44,347 nt of DNA, filler included, from Bdellovibrionota bacterium (GCA_963169515.1; 3 parts of 3 records of this genome joined end to end with filler, not necessarily neighbours in it); one strand, 5' to 3'. Numbered from the whole stretch's first letter, positions 1-10,235 are shown. Notes: generated from the sequence alone by a model not told the origin. Made by a program: numbers and translations.

Positions 1-198
1 GAATCCATCGCAATTGACGATAATATTAAAATCACAGTTGTCCAAATCAAGGGCAAACAGGTGCGTTTAGGGATTCAGGCGCCAAAAGACACCAAAATCC
101 ATAGGGAAGAAGTTTACTTGGCCATCCAGGAGCAAAATAAAGAAGCTGTTACCAGCTCTGATAACGCGCATCGCGTTGCCAAACTTTTGAAGCCTTAA
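1..198 (+). CDS. csrA: Carbon storage regulator CsrA (5'-truncated by window edge)
   Basis: Frame 1 translates as [39 protein letters not shown]..., carrying the CsrA signature VRLGIxAP...IHREE; directly upstream of fliW. Absent from the ORF track. Confidence 0.95.
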   Translation, partial: ESIAIDDNIKITVVQIKGKQVRLGIQAPKDTKIHREEVYLAIQEQNKEAVTSSDNAHRVAKLLKP

Positions 199-283
199 AA
201 TTCTTTGCGTTCAATCTGAAATTTTGACCTAATGTAATAGTAGGGGTGTCCTAGCTATAAGGATAGTCATAACCGGGGGTATT

Positions 284-814
284 ATGCTCATTCAAACGTC
301 ACGTTTCGGGCAAATTGAGATTCAAAAGGAAGATTTGCTTTCATTTTCCGAAGGGCTTTTGGGATTTGCGACCCTTCGCAATTTTGTGTTAGTTGAGGAC
401 CCACAAGATGAGATTTTCGTTTGGTTGCAAAGTTGTGAACTGCCTGAAGTTGCGTTTCCAGTTTTGGAGCCAGAATTTTTCTCTGTCGCTTATAAAGCAC
501 CATTGGCAAAGAACGATCTCGATAGTCTTCAGATGTCGAGCCAAGAAAAGCCTCGATTCTTTTCAATCGTGACAATCCCTGAAGATCCACAAAAAATGAC
601 TGCCAATTTGAAAGCTCCGATTGTTATCAATGTTACTAAGCGTCTTGCTCGACAATGCGTGCTTCAAGACAACAACCTTGCAATTCGAGAACCGATCTTT
701 TCACTGTTGCAACAACGAATCGTCCAAACGGGTCCGCATATCCGTCAGCCGGATGCTCTGAAAAATGTTGCGATCACTTTACCATTAAGCCCAGACAGGG
801 AGCTTGTACAATAA
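284..814 (+). CDS. fliW: Flagellar assembly factor FliW (CsrA antagonist)
   Basis: Motifs TSRFG, FSEGLLGF, WLQS, MTANLKAPIVIN; adjacent to csrA. Confidence 0.95.
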   Translation: MLIQTSRFGQIEIQKEDLLSFSEGLLGFATLRNFVLVEDPQDEIFVWLQSCELPEVAFPVLEPEFFSVAYKAPLAKNDLDSLQMSSQEKPRFFSIVTIPEDPQKMTANLKAPIVINVTKRLARQCVLQDNNLAIREPIFSLLQQRIVQTGPHIRQPDALKNVAITLPLSPDRELVQ

Positions 815-851
815 GTTGCTGTTCTGACTAACAGTTTTTGTGAGCTAAAAA

Positions 852-1640
852 TTGTATTCATCTAAAGCACTATTTTTGGGAATTTTTTTTGGTCTCATTT
901 TTTTATTTAAATTTATTCTTGTACTTCAAACTAAACAAACGCGGGCCTTGCTGAGAAGGCCCATTTTGTTTTTTTTGTACCAGTTCACATGGCTTGGAAC
1001 CTATCCTGAAAATTTTTTGAAAAAGCATAAGTTTACACAAAAAGATGCATTCTTAATGGTTCAAGGAGCTTCTTCCATTGTCTTTGGGTTGGTTATTCAA
1101 TGGTCAGTTCGTAGGTATTTTTTGGAGCTTGATAATCTTGCGAGCTATCTTTCAATATTTTCGTTAATTTATATTTGGGGCTTTGGTTATTCCAACTTAA
1201 TGTGCGGTCTTTATCGACTATTTGAAATTGGGGTTGAGCCTATTTTTCAGAATCCCCTTGAAAGCACGTCCTTGCAGGATTTTTGGGGTAAGAGGTGGAA
1301 TACAGCGCTTATAAATCTGTCGCAGCGATTATTGTATAACCCTTTGAAAAATATTTTTTCCCCTGGATGGCTTCAAATATTCGTATTTTTAATTTTTGGC
1401 TTAATTCACGATTTGATTTTTAGTTTCCCGATTGACGCCGGGTATGGGAAGTGCACGGCGTATTTTGCAATTCAAGGTCTGGCTCTTGTTTCTGAAAATA
1501 AATTTCTATCAAAGTTTTTTAATAAGCATCCTGATCTTGGAAACATTTGGACGTTCCTGGTCTTGCTGATTCCGCTCCCTCTGTTGTTTCATTGGGACTT
1601 CAGAGAATTCATTCTGAGCAGGTTTGTTTTCCATATCTAA
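852..1640 (+). CDS. Membrane-bound O-acyltransferase (MBOAT / wax-synthase-like)
   Basis: Hydrophobic protein with PLESTSLQDFWGKRWN motif and a GLIHD putative catalytic His. TTG start uncertain. Confidence 0.7.
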   Translation: MYSSKALFLGIFFGLIFLFKFILVLQTKQTRALLRRPILFFLYQFTWLGTYPENFLKKHKFTQKDAFLMVQGASSIVFGLVIQWSVRRYFLELDNLASYLSIFSLIYIWGFGYSNLMCGLYRLFEIGVEPIFQNPLESTSLQDFWGKRWNTALINLSQRLLYNPLKNIFSPGWLQIFVFLIFGLIHDLIFSFPIDAGYGKCTAYFAIQGLALVSENKFLSKFFNKHPDLGNIWTFLVLLIPLPLLFHWDFREFILSRFVFHI

Positions 1641-1660
1641 GTCGAGTTTTATGCCTAGAC

Positions 1661-1687
1661 TCAACTGTTTCAAAATTAGACCGATAG
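1661..1687 (+). promoter_or_regulatory. Sigma28 (FliA)-type promoter
   Basis: TCAA-N15-ACCGATAG compared with consensus TAAA-N15-GCCGATAA. Confidence 0.7.
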
Positions 1688-1692
1688 ATTAA

Positions 1693-1746
1693 GTAGCCAC
1701 GGAAGGTTACATAACGCTAAGGAAGGTGTGATACCAGGGAGAGGTA
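1693..1746 (+). promoter_or_regulatory. Three tandem CsrA-type ANGGA hairpins in a 5' UTR
   Basis: GTAGCC-ACGGAA-GGTTAC, ACGCT-AAGGAA-GGTGT and ATACC-AGGGAGA-GGTAT; the last overlaps the Shine-Dalgarno sequence. Confidence 0.7.
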
Positions 1747-1747
1747 T

Positions 1748-2371
1748 ATGGATGGTGTCATCACTGGAAGAATATTTTTTATCATTGGTATTATTAATTT
1801 CTTACTGCTTTTCGCAAGCCAAGTGTTCGGCGCGGAAATACAAATTGTAGAAACCAGAAAAAATTTGCAATTGCGAGATAATGAAAAAGTCTACCGCGAC
1901 TATTATATTAATGCGGGGACGGACAATGGGTTGAAGCCAAATCTGACCTTTCAAGTTTATCGAAAAGTTGCAGTAAATGACTTATATCAATCCAACAGTA
2001 GCGGAGGAACAATCTTGCTTCCTGTTGGGAAGATAAAAATCGTCTATTCACAAACAAAACTGAGCATTGGCCGCCTATTTTCGTTAAATAAACCGGCAGA
2101 GGGACCAATTGTTGATGTGCCGGCCTTTATGGTTGGGGATTCAATCGACGTGGGGTCCGTTGAGATGCTGCAGGATAAAAAAGCTCCGAAAAAGAAGGTG
2201 GTTAAATCAAAAAAGCAACTAGAAGCGGCCGAAGTTCAGGAAAAGCCAATCATAACTTCTCCGCCAGCTACAATCGAGATTTCTAGATCCGTACCGGTTG
2301 AAATTTTACAAAATCAGAATCGGGCTCCGGCAAGTGTAAATAATCCCGTTCCTATTAAAATTTCTCGCTAA
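1748..2371 (+). CDS. Exported hypothetical protein, possible FlgT C-terminal-like domain
   Basis: N-terminal signal/TM segment; YINAGTDNGLK...FQVYR...VGKIKIV resembles the FlgT_C pattern by eye; Lys/Pro-rich tail. Confidence 0.55.
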   Translation: MDGVITGRIFFIIGIINFLLLFASQVFGAEIQIVETRKNLQLRDNEKVYRDYYINAGTDNGLKPNLTFQVYRKVAVNDLYQSNSSGGTILLPVGKIKIVYSQTKLSIGRLFSLNKPAEGPIVDVPAFMVGDSIDVGSVEMLQDKKAPKKKVVKSKKQLEAAEVQEKPIITSPPATIEISRSVPVEILQNQNRAPASVNNPVPIKISR

Positions 2372-2418
2372 AAAGGTTGAAAAAATCTATCTGGGGTGTC
2401 AAAAGTTTCTGACGCCCT

Positions 2419-3294
2419 ATGGATACTTATTACCGTCTTCAATTGTTGCAAATCCCCCCCGCTCTCGAAGAGCGATTAAATGATATTTGCTTTGGGTTCA
2501 AGGCATTGGGTATTTCTGAAAATATTCCCCTGGACCCCAAAACTCTGGATGAACCCATTTTTCAAAAAGCTACGACCAAATCCTTGGATGTTTTTTTTGA
2601 AAAACAACCAGAACCAGATTTTTTCAACGAAATTTTAAAAATTCTTTCGCCACATCAGGTGCGCGGGGGATCGGAAGAAAATAAAGACTGGCTTTCCGAG
2701 TGGAAAAAGGGGTACCACGCGTTTAAATTGATCGGGGAATATTGGATTGTGCCTTCGTGGGAGATGGCGCCAGTCGGGGTTAAGCCAATTTATATTGATC
2801 CAGGCATGGCGTTTGGAACTGGGACCCACCAAACGACACAGCTCTGCGCAGAGCTTATTTATCAGACCTTGCATACTCGTGATGCCAGGTCGTTGATTGA
2901 TGTTGGAACCGGGACAGCAATTCTTTCTATGCTTGCTAGGAACTTGGGGGTGAAGTCTGTTTTGGGCACAGAGATCGATGCTGAATCTGTTGTCACGGCA
3001 AATGAGAACCTAAAAATTAATAAAATTGATGGCGTTATTGTACGAGAGATAAATTTGAATAAAATTGATGAATATTTTGATGTTGTTGTTGCAAATATTA
3101 TTGATGGGGTATTGTTGGATTTAAAATCAGATTTGCTGCGGATACTGAACTCAAAGGGGCGAATGATCTTATCGGGAATATTAGAGGAACGAGACACGCA
3201 ATTTATTGCCGAGTTTTTAAAAGATACAAATCTTAAAGTGATTCAAAGGATCCACCAAGACGAATGGGTAGCCTATTTGTTAGGAGTGGAATGA
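2419..3294 (+). CDS. prmA: Ribosomal protein L11 methyltransferase
   Basis: IDPGMAFGTGTHQTT, DVGTGTAIL, VVANI, ILSGIL. Confidence 0.95.
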   Translation: MDTYYRLQLLQIPPALEERLNDICFGFKALGISENIPLDPKTLDEPIFQKATTKSLDVFFEKQPEPDFFNEILKILSPHQVRGGSEENKDWLSEWKKGYHAFKLIGEYWIVPSWEMAPVGVKPIYIDPGMAFGTGTHQTTQLCAELIYQTLHTRDARSLIDVGTGTAILSMLARNLGVKSVLGTEIDAESVVTANENLKINKIDGVIVREINLNKIDEYFDVVVANIIDGVLLDLKSDLLRILNSKGRMILSGILEERDTQFIAEFLKDTNLKVIQRIHQDEWVAYLLGVE

Positions 3295-4037
3295 GACGCT
3301 ATTGGATTTCCAAAGAAAACTTTTCCAAAGATGAAATCATAATTTCGGGTGATGAATTTCATCATATTTGCGGAGTCTGCAGACAGGCACAAGGTGATCG
3401 CTTCGAAGTTTTAAATGGTGAAGGCTTTGCGTTTCTAGTTGAAATCACTAAGTGTGGGAAAAAAGATGCTATCGCTCGAATTCTTGAGAAACGTGATCTG
3501 CCGCCGATTCCCCCCCCCTTTATACACCTGTTGCTTTCTATCCCAAAGTTTGCAACCTTTGACACCATATTGGAAAAGGCTGTTGAGCTCGGGGTACGAG
3601 AACTAACCCCTGTAGTTTCGGATTTCAGTTTTGTCCGTGAAGTTGACTCCAACAAAGTATCTGGCAAGCAGCCCCGTTGGGAAAAGATTATTAAATCAGC
3701 AACGGAGCAGTCGGGAAGGGGGGATATTCTTAAGCTGAATCCCGTAATAGAACTTAAAGATGCGTTAGAAAAGTTTAACCGAACGCCCAACGCAGCGGGT
3801 CTGTTCCCTTATGAGGGGAGCTCTGCTTACAGTATGAAGCAAGCGGTCCAAGATTTACTTCAAAAAAAGCCAGAAACTATATGGGTCTTTATAGGAAGCG
3901 AAGGTGGATTTAGCGCTGGCGAAGTAGAGTTATTTCAGTCATTTAGCTTAAAGCCATCAACCCTCGGAGATCAGGTTTTAAGGGTAGAAACGGCTTGCCT
4001 GACAGTAGCCGGCATTTTAAGGTATGAGATAGGGTAA
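3291..4037 (+). CDS. rsmE: 16S rRNA m3U1498 methyltransferase
   Basis: EKAVELGV, ATEQSGR, IGSEGGF, LGDQVLRVETA; start at 3291 overlaps the prmA stop (ATGA). Confidence 0.95.
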   Translation: MRRYWISKENFSKDEIIISGDEFHHICGVCRQAQGDRFEVLNGEGFAFLVEITKCGKKDAIARILEKRDLPPIPPPFIHLLLSIPKFATFDTILEKAVELGVRELTPVVSDFSFVREVDSNKVSGKQPRWEKIIKSATEQSGRGDILKLNPVIELKDALEKFNRTPNAAGLFPYEGSSAYSMKQAVQDLLQKKPETIWVFIGSEGGFSAGEVELFQSFSLKPSTLGDQVLRVETACLTVAGILRYEIG

Positions 4038-4047
4038 TGGGGTAATT

Positions 4048-4878
4048 ATGGATAACATGGATGAATTCGAGTTTAAGCCGTTAACCGAGGGACTTGGTTT
4101 TCACAAAAAACAAACAAAGGCCAATAACCTAGCTTCGTACGATTTCAAAGAAGATAAGCGTGAAATCAGTCAAATTGACACAAAAGATATCGCGTCGTTA
4201 GGTGTGGTTACTGAGCCGAAACAAGAACGTGCAAATCCTTTTTTAAATTCTCCACTTCCACGAGAGAATAAATTTTCGGTCCCAAAGTTTGAATCAAGAA
4301 AGTTCGCAGCCTCTCCGCAACCGATGCCACTTCGTCGTGAGCCCCCAGTTCCATCAATTCCCATTTCTCGGACTCCGTTTAAGAAAGATCTTGTCGAGAC
4401 GAAAACCGCTGATCTTCCATTAATGACAAAGAAACCATTCGATTTTGATTCCGTACAGTTTATACCTACGGTAGGCCATATTGGGGCCTACTTTTTTGAC
4501 CTGATTGTAACAGTGGGTGTTGCTTGTCTCTTTGCAATGTCTTTGATGATTTTTGGTGATATCGATATTTTCAAGGTTCTAAGCACCATCACATTTGACA
4601 TCGGTATGCAGCTGGGAACAGGACTGCTTATAGCGTCCGTGTTGGTGTTGTACCTTGTACTTTCGCGCAGCTTCTTTGGCAGTACACTGGGTGAATGGGT
4701 GTTCGATATGCAGCTTGGAAAACCGCAAAATCAAAACAAAATAGCGTATCCGATTCGCGTATTTTGGCGATCACTTATTGTGCTCTTAACTGGTGTTGTC
4801 ACAATTCCTCTTTTGTCCCTCATCGCACGCAAAGACCTTGCAGCGAGCTTCAGTGGGCTAGAACTGTACAAGCGTTAA
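4048..4878 (+). CDS. RDD family membrane protein with disordered N-terminus
   Basis: GAYFFDL, TM helices, GSTLGEWVFDMQL; operonic with rsmE. Confidence 0.7.
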   Translation: MDNMDEFEFKPLTEGLGFHKKQTKANNLASYDFKEDKREISQIDTKDIASLGVVTEPKQERANPFLNSPLPRENKFSVPKFESRKFAASPQPMPLRREPPVPSIPISRTPFKKDLVETKTADLPLMTKKPFDFDSVQFIPTVGHIGAYFFDLIVTVGVACLFAMSLMIFGDIDIFKVLSTITFDIGMQLGTGLLIASVLVLYLVLSRSFFGSTLGEWVFDMQLGKPQNQNKIAYPIRVFWRSLIVLLTGVVTIPLLSLIARKDLAASFSGLELYKR

Positions 4879-5337
4879 GTGGAAAAAAATTTAGATCAAA
4901 AGAAATTGATACAAATTTTAGATAAAGTTCGTAAAAATCAAAAAGTCGTTTTTACGAAAGGATGTTTTGATATCCTGCATGTCGGACACATTCGATATCT
5001 TCAGCAGGCAAGAGCATTGGGAGATTTGCTGATCGTTGCCGTAAATACAGATGCATCTGTTAGAAAACTGAAAGGTGAAAAGCGTCCCGTACAGAATGAA
5101 AAAGATCGGGCAGAAATTATTGCGGCGCTGGAATGTGTAAGTTTTGTCACATTATTTTCGGAAGACACTCCAGAAGTTTTAATTCACACCGTGAGGCCTG
5201 ATATTTTGGTTAAGGGTGGCGATTGGAAGGAAGATCAAATTGTTGGGTCTAAGTTTGTAAAATCCTATGGCGGGTCTGTAAAATCCCTTCCGTTTGTTGA
5301 AGGGAAATCTACAACGAATATTCTTAAAAAAATTTAG
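4879..5337 (+). CDS. rfaE2: D-glycero-beta-D-manno-heptose 1-phosphate adenylyltransferase
   Basis: [35 protein letters not shown]. Confidence 0.92.
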   Translation: MEKNLDQKKLIQILDKVRKNQKVVFTKGCFDILHVGHIRYLQQARALGDLLIVAVNTDASVRKLKGEKRPVQNEKDRAEIIAALECVSFVTLFSEDTPEVLIHTVRPDILVKGGDWKEDQIVGSKFVKSYGGSVKSLPFVEGKSTTNILKKI

Positions 5338-6062
5338 TTCCGATAGCCCAGTTTTACGCTAAATGTGGGTTGCGCGTATTGGTCAACTTGAGCTGCAATA
5401 AAAAATTCATCAAAGTGCACAGTGCCGCCAAGAACAGAATGAAAAGTGCTGATAATATTGATTTTGTTTGATTGTGATCCATTTTCAATGGCAACAATGC
5501 CACCAGGACCGCCGATAAATTCGCCACGTGAGCGTAACTGACCCGCGCCCAAATAGACCGAAAAGTTACGAACATTAATTCCGGCCACAAGATCATAACC
5601 AACCGATTGGTTGATGATTTGATTATTAATGTTGCATGTATTCATGTGAACGACAGCTGAAAAATTGGCTGGGAAATATTTAGTTTGGTAAAATCCGTAT
5701 CGAAGAAGTGCTCCGTAAACGCTTAGGCCTGTTCCTTCATTAAAGGGCATAAAGTTTAGAAACGAATCAAAATTGTTAAACAAACCTTTGCCAATTGAAA
5801 TAATTGGGTAGGTGAATTGATCCTGTTCTTCGGTGGTGGCGCCCAGGTGCGCGATTTCGTCAATTGCGATGGATTCGACTGACAAGCCAACTTCAAACCC
5901 TGCGTATCCGCCGAGGGGATAGGGGTCTGTTAAAAGCTTTGTGCTTGTACCATGTCCTAAAACTTCGAGTGCTTTATTTCGGTCTGTTGAAGTCAGATTT
6001 GTAGGTAAATTAACTTTCGAAAAAGAGGATGATACCAGTAAAGATAACAGAACAAGCCACAT
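5334..6062 (-). CDS. Exported protein, probable outer-membrane beta-barrel
   Basis: Signal peptide, amphipathic beta-strand pattern, C-terminal KLGYRN. Confidence 0.55.
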   Translation of the reverse strand: MWLVLLSLLVSSSFSKVNLPTNLTSTDRNKALEVLGHGTSTKLLTDPYPLGGYAGFEVGLSVESIAIDEIAHLGATTEEQDQFTYPIISIGKGLFNNFDSFLNFMPFNEGTGLSVYGALLRYGFYQTKYFPANFSAVVHMNTCNINNQIINQSVGYDLVAGINVRNFSVYLGAGQLRSRGEFIGGPGGIVAIENGSQSNKINIISTFHSVLGGTVHFDEFFIAAQVDQYAQPTFSVKLGYRN

Positions 6063-6112
6063 ATCTTATCGTGCCATGGTGGCCGATGTGGTTGCAAGTA
6101 ATTGCGTCTGCA

Positions 6113-7156
6113 TTAAGATTTTAACAACTGTTCTAAGATTTGAATTGTTTCTTGGAATATGGCTTGATTCGATGTACGTCCGCTCGCCAAAATGGATTGT
6201 ATCGCTGTAAAGGATTGTTCGTAGACTCGAAGATTGCGGGATGAAATGGCTCGGATCGGTGTCTGCGATGGACCCGGGGATGGTTGCGGAGCATTGGGGT
6301 CCTGTTGTGGTTTTAATTTCAACATATCCAAAGCTGATTCCCGAATCAGCTTCACTGCTTGAAATTGAATTCCAGCGTCTATGGAATAGATTTGATTGTT
6401 TAGCACATGAACGAGTTCGATTTTTTTATATGACATAATTACATCTCGAGCGTTGTCGGCATTCGTGTTATTCGAAGATTCGCGCTCGATAAATTTAACC
6501 GTTCTATCAAAACTCTGCGGGCTTGGGGTGGCATTCAATGCAATTAAACCAAGCTCTTGCACTTTCATTTCATCACTTTTTATAAGCTCATCAACGACAG
6601 CATAAAAAAGCTCTCCCGTGATAAGACCGGATTGGAAGCTCAAAATCAAATTATCCAGAGCTTCCTTGTTTACAGGATTTGTTAAACGCTTCATCCATCC
6701 TTCAACATCAGTTGGTGTTTCGTTTTGTGATTCTGTTGAAGCTACATAGGGAACTGGGTATGTCGCTTCAGCAATACGGGTGCCATTTGTATTGGCTGAA
6801 TGAGGTCGACCATTGTTGTTCACGATTTGAACATCAAAGCCCTTTCGTTTTAATTTTCGCGCAATTTTTTTCTTTTTCTTTTTAAGATCTTCTTTTTTCT
6901 TTGCGGCGGTTACAGCGGGTTTCGTTGGAACAATTTGGCCTGGCGATTGAAGGTTCTTACGATCCGATTCAGCCATTGCATGCCCCTTCCATGTTGACGT
7001 GTAGGCGTCGCGCAGACGCTGCAATTCTTGACTGACGGGTTCGATTTCGCTTATTTTTTTCACTTTGCGATTATTCGTCGCCACTGGTTCCCTTGATGAG
7101 TTCAAGTATCCGATGACCAGCAATCCTACTGCTATAAAAAATAGTCCTTTTTTCAT
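6113..7156 (-). CDS. Membrane-anchored hypothetical protein (Lys-rich linker, helical C-domain)
   Basis: Long ORF with N-terminal TM (MKKGLFFIAVGLLVIGYL) and a poly-K tract. Confidence 0.65.
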   Translation of the reverse strand: MKKGLFFIAVGLLVIGYLNSSREPVATNNRKVKKISEIEPVSQELQRLRDAYTSTWKGHAMAESDRKNLQSPGQIVPTKPAVTAAKKKEDLKKKKKKIARKLKRKGFDVQIVNNNGRPHSANTNGTRIAEATYPVPYVASTESQNETPTDVEGWMKRLTNPVNKEALDNLILSFQSGLITGELFYAVVDELIKSDEMKVQELGLIALNATPSPQSFDRTVKFIERESSNNTNADNARDVIMSYKKIELVHVLNNQIYSIDAGIQFQAVKLIRESALDMLKLKPQQDPNAPQPSPGPSQTPIRAISSRNLRVYEQSFTAIQSILASGRTSNQAIFQETIQILEQLLKS

Positions 7157-7368
7157 GCTTCGCAATCGTTGATCTGCTTAGAGTAAGACCAACTACTTCC
7201 TCTCTATCTGGTGGTATACGCAAAGGTAAGACCACTCTAAGTCCTTGAATTTACATAAATTTTGAATTGCCCCCAAATTTTCACTTGTTGAATGGGTGCA
7301 CACATGACATCATGAAACGAAAATATCATAGAGATTTTAGGTGTTTACATCCTTATGGGCAGGAAAAG

Positions 7369-8241
7369 GTGACTGACAAAATTGGGTCCTTATTAAAATC
7401 TAAAAAATATGATGATTATCAGGCGTTTGCACAGCTTTTAACGGAAATCGATCGGGCTGGGATTCAGACATTGAAATACAAAGACCTCATAAATCCAAAA
7501 AGGCTTGCTTTTAGAATTGGGATTACGGGTCCGCCCGGAGCTGGAAAATCCACTTTGATTTCAGCTCTGATTCAGGAGTTCAGAAAACAAAATTTGAAAG
7601 TTGGCGTTTTGGCCGTGGACCCCAGCAGCCCCTTTTCACAAGGCGCTTTATTGGGCGATCGAATTCGATATGCTGAGGCTTTGAACGATCCTGAGGTCTT
7701 TGTTCGTTCGATCGGTTCAAGGGGAAGTCCCGGCGGGTTAAGTGCATCAAGCTACCTGTTATTAAAGGGTTTTGATGCTTGGGGCTTTGATATTGTGATT
7801 ATTGAAACGGTGGGCGTGGGGCAGACAGAGCTTGAGGTCGTAAATGTAGCCGATCACGTTGCCGTTGTGCTCGTTCCTGAAAGTGGCGATGGAATACAGT
7901 TAATGAAGGCCGGACTTATGGAAATTGCAAACACATTTATTGTGAATAAGTCAGACCGACCGGGAGCTGATAGTCTTGTGAATGAACTCAATCATTCGAT
8001 AAAAATGGACGAAAAAAAAACGCCTGTGTTTCAGACTGTGGCAATAGATAAAAAAGGTGTTGAAAACGTCGCACAATATTTTATCAAAATGAAGAAATCA
8101 GATTACCAAAAGCACAGGTACGCGATCGGAAAAATTAAGTCCGAGGGACAGGCGTTGCTTCGCTTCAAGCACGAAAAGAAGATTCAAGAAGCCACACGTC
8201 AAATCAGATCCGTTAATGATCTTGCCAAGCTCTTTATTTAG
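7369..8241 (+). CDS. meaB: MeaB/ArgK-family GTPase (methylmalonyl-CoA mutase chaperone)
   Basis: GITGPPGAGKST, AVDPSSPFSQGALLGDRIR, IETVGVGQ, VNKSD; GTG start at 7369 inferred from AGGA RBS. Confidence 0.9.
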   Translation: MTDKIGSLLKSKKYDDYQAFAQLLTEIDRAGIQTLKYKDLINPKRLAFRIGITGPPGAGKSTLISALIQEFRKQNLKVGVLAVDPSSPFSQGALLGDRIRYAEALNDPEVFVRSIGSRGSPGGLSASSYLLLKGFDAWGFDIVIIETVGVGQTELEVVNVADHVAVVLVPESGDGIQLMKAGLMEIANTFIVNKSDRPGADSLVNELNHSIKMDEKKTPVFQTVAIDKKGVENVAQYFIKMKKSDYQKHRYAIGKIKSEGQALLRFKHEKKIQEATRQIRSVNDLAKLFI

Positions 8242-8270
8242 CTGTCTAATTTTCTGATTTGGAGGAATCT

Positions 8271-8822
8271 ATGAAAAAAATGATGCTTGCGTTCGTTTTA
8301 CTTTTTGGAATCAGTGCCAATGCAGCTCAGATGTCGGTATCTGGGGCGATTGGATTTTTTAGTGTTGGAAATTCATTTGTGAATGACAACAATGCACAAA
8401 CTGCAATGGCAGGGCTTTCTGGCCTTGTAACATTAGGTGCTGATTTTGAGTATGCTCCAGATAAAGATTACTCTTACGGTGCGTATCTTAGATACCATGG
8501 CACGGGTGATGATTATGGTACGACAGATTTGTCGTTTTCAAATTTAGCACTTGGAGCAATGGCAAAAGGTTATTTGAATTCACGCAATTGGAATTTCTAT
8601 TACGGAGCAGGGATTGGAATTGTATCGGTTTCGTATGAAGCAGGAACTGCGGAGTTTACCCCTGGAATGACATTTGGTCCGATGCTAGTAATTGGCGGCT
8701 TGTATCCATTGAGCGATCGTTTGTCTATGGGTATCGAGAACTTGCGGTTGTACGCTCTTGGAGAAGATACCAACGGCGAGATTGTGTCTGATTGGGCAAT
8801 CAAAGCAAAATATGATTTTTAA
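8271..8822 (+). CDS. Small outer-membrane beta-barrel protein
   Basis: GGAGG RBS, signal peptide ending ANA, beta-strand pattern, terminal aromatic motif AKYDF. Confidence 0.8.
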   Translation: MKKMMLAFVLLFGISANAAQMSVSGAIGFFSVGNSFVNDNNAQTAMAGLSGLVTLGADFEYAPDKDYSYGAYLRYHGTGDDYGTTDLSFSNLALGAMAKGYLNSRNWNFYYGAGIGIVSVSYEAGTAEFTPGMTFGPMLVIGGLYPLSDRLSMGIENLRLYALGEDTNGEIVSDWAIKAKYDF

Positions 8823-8832
8823 GCTAGGAACT

Positions 8833-9543
8833 TTAGCGGGCTCCAATTTTAAATGTTGAAAACATATCGCGATGGATTTCCATCGCGATTTTCATAAATG
8901 CTTCTTTGTCCTGAGCAGACATGTTTATGAATTCCACTCCCAAACGGGTAAGGCCGCTTCCTTTGGATCCGTAGCTTGCAATATGACGAACAATTGCTTC
9001 ATACGACTTGTTGAATGTATTGCCCACCATAATTACCCCGCGAATGATGTCACCTTTGGTTAGCTTAATATCCAAATGTGCAGTAGATTCAAATGCGAAC
9101 CCACCCGAGCTTAAATCAGCCAGGGGTAACTTCAGAATTGCTGCATTATCACCAATTTCTGAAATTGTTACGCGTGCGCCGTACCCAACGGGAATTGAAA
9201 CGCGGAAGCTATTCCGTCGCTGTAGTTTATAAAGAATATTATTCGTATCGATATAGTAAAAGTCATGGCCCTGGCGATGCAGGGTTGTTTTTAAAAAATA
9301 TTTTTCCTGTCCAATTTCAAAGGTGACTATGACCTCTTCCTTGTTGCTCATTATGGGTTGGATTATCGGTGTTAAAATTAGACGTGAATCTTTTAGTAGC
9401 ATCGGTCTGCATCGGACAAGTTCTTTGTTCAATAATTGAACTTGGACTTCTTCTCTGGCCTCAATGATAAGTGTATATGCGCGCTGACGTTCTGAGCGTG
9501 TATCAACTTTTGAAAATATGTTTTGGCCACCAAGGTTTTCCAT
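8833..9543 (-). CDS. PilZ-domain c-di-GMP receptor / YcgR-like flagellar brake
   Basis: QRRNSFR (RxxxR) and DLSSGG (DxSxxG) motifs. Start uncertain (9543 or 9582). Confidence 0.85.
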   Translation of the reverse strand: MENLGGQNIFSKVDTRSERQRAYTLIIEAREEVQVQLLNKELVRCRPMLLKDSRLILTPIIQPIMSNKEEVIVTFEIGQEKYFLKTTLHRQGHDFYYIDTNNILYKLQRRNSFRVSIPVGYGARVTISEIGDNAAILKLPLADLSSGGFAFESTAHLDIKLTKGDIIRGVIMVGNTFNKSYEAIVRHIASYGSKGSGLTRLGVEFINMSAQDKEAFMKIAMEIHRDMFSTFKIGAR

Positions 9544-9551
9544 AAAGGGTT

Positions 9552-10118
9552 TTATGCCTCTCGTTTTAGAAACGTGAGCCACTCGTCTGGAGCATCAATG
9601 GGTGAAATTGACAAGCGTAGCGAAGGCAACCATTTGGGCTCAAAAGGAAGCCGACGTAAATTGATTTGGGCTTCGTCAAGAGTTTGATTTGCTTTTTCTT
9701 GGTTACATGGACGGCATGCGGTAACGATATTTGTCCAATCTTTGCAGCCCCCCCTGGATGCTGGTACGACATGATCGAGGGTTAAATCTTTTGGATGAAA
9801 TTTTCTCATACAGTATTGGCACCTATGGCCGTCTCGGATATAAACATTTTCTCGCGAAAATCTTATTTTAGGATGCTCGCGTATTCGAACATACTTTTTT
9901 AATCGGATCACGCTTGGCAGTTGAAATCTATTATATACACTCCTTGCAAACGCATCATGAACTTCGATAATTTCGACTTTGTCTTGAAACCACAAAATAA
10001 GAGCTTTCTGCCAATTGACAACCTTGAGCGGTTCGTAACTTGAATTTAGAACTAAAGCCCTGGCTTGAATTTCGTTGAAGGCTTTCCCCCTCTCACTTGA
10101 CTCGCACCCCATCCCCAT
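9552..10118 (-). CDS. HNH endonuclease (McrA-like)
   Basis: LVLNSSYEPL, PSVIRL, RDGHRCQYC, TLDHVVPASRGG...WTNIVTACRPCN. Confidence 0.9.
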   Translation of the reverse strand: MGMGCESSERGKAFNEIQARALVLNSSYEPLKVVNWQKALILWFQDKVEIIEVHDAFARSVYNRFQLPSVIRLKKYVRIREHPKIRFSRENVYIRDGHRCQYCMRKFHPKDLTLDHVVPASRGGCKDWTNIVTACRPCNQEKANQTLDEAQINLRRLPFEPKWLPSLRLSISPIDAPDEWLTFLKREA

Positions 10119-10163
10119 TATCCGAAAACAGTGGGTACTTCAGCAAGTCCAGGCACATATTAA

Positions 10164-10190
10164 TAATCGGTTTTTGCTGCTTAGTTTTTA
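10164..10190 (-). promoter_or_regulatory. Sigma28-type promoter for the HNH-PilZ operon
   Basis: Minus strand TAAA-N15-ACCGATTA. Confidence 0.7.
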
Positions 10191-10235
10191 TCAAATTTTT
10201 CCCCTTATCCTTTTAAAAACAATCCGTTAAAAGAA

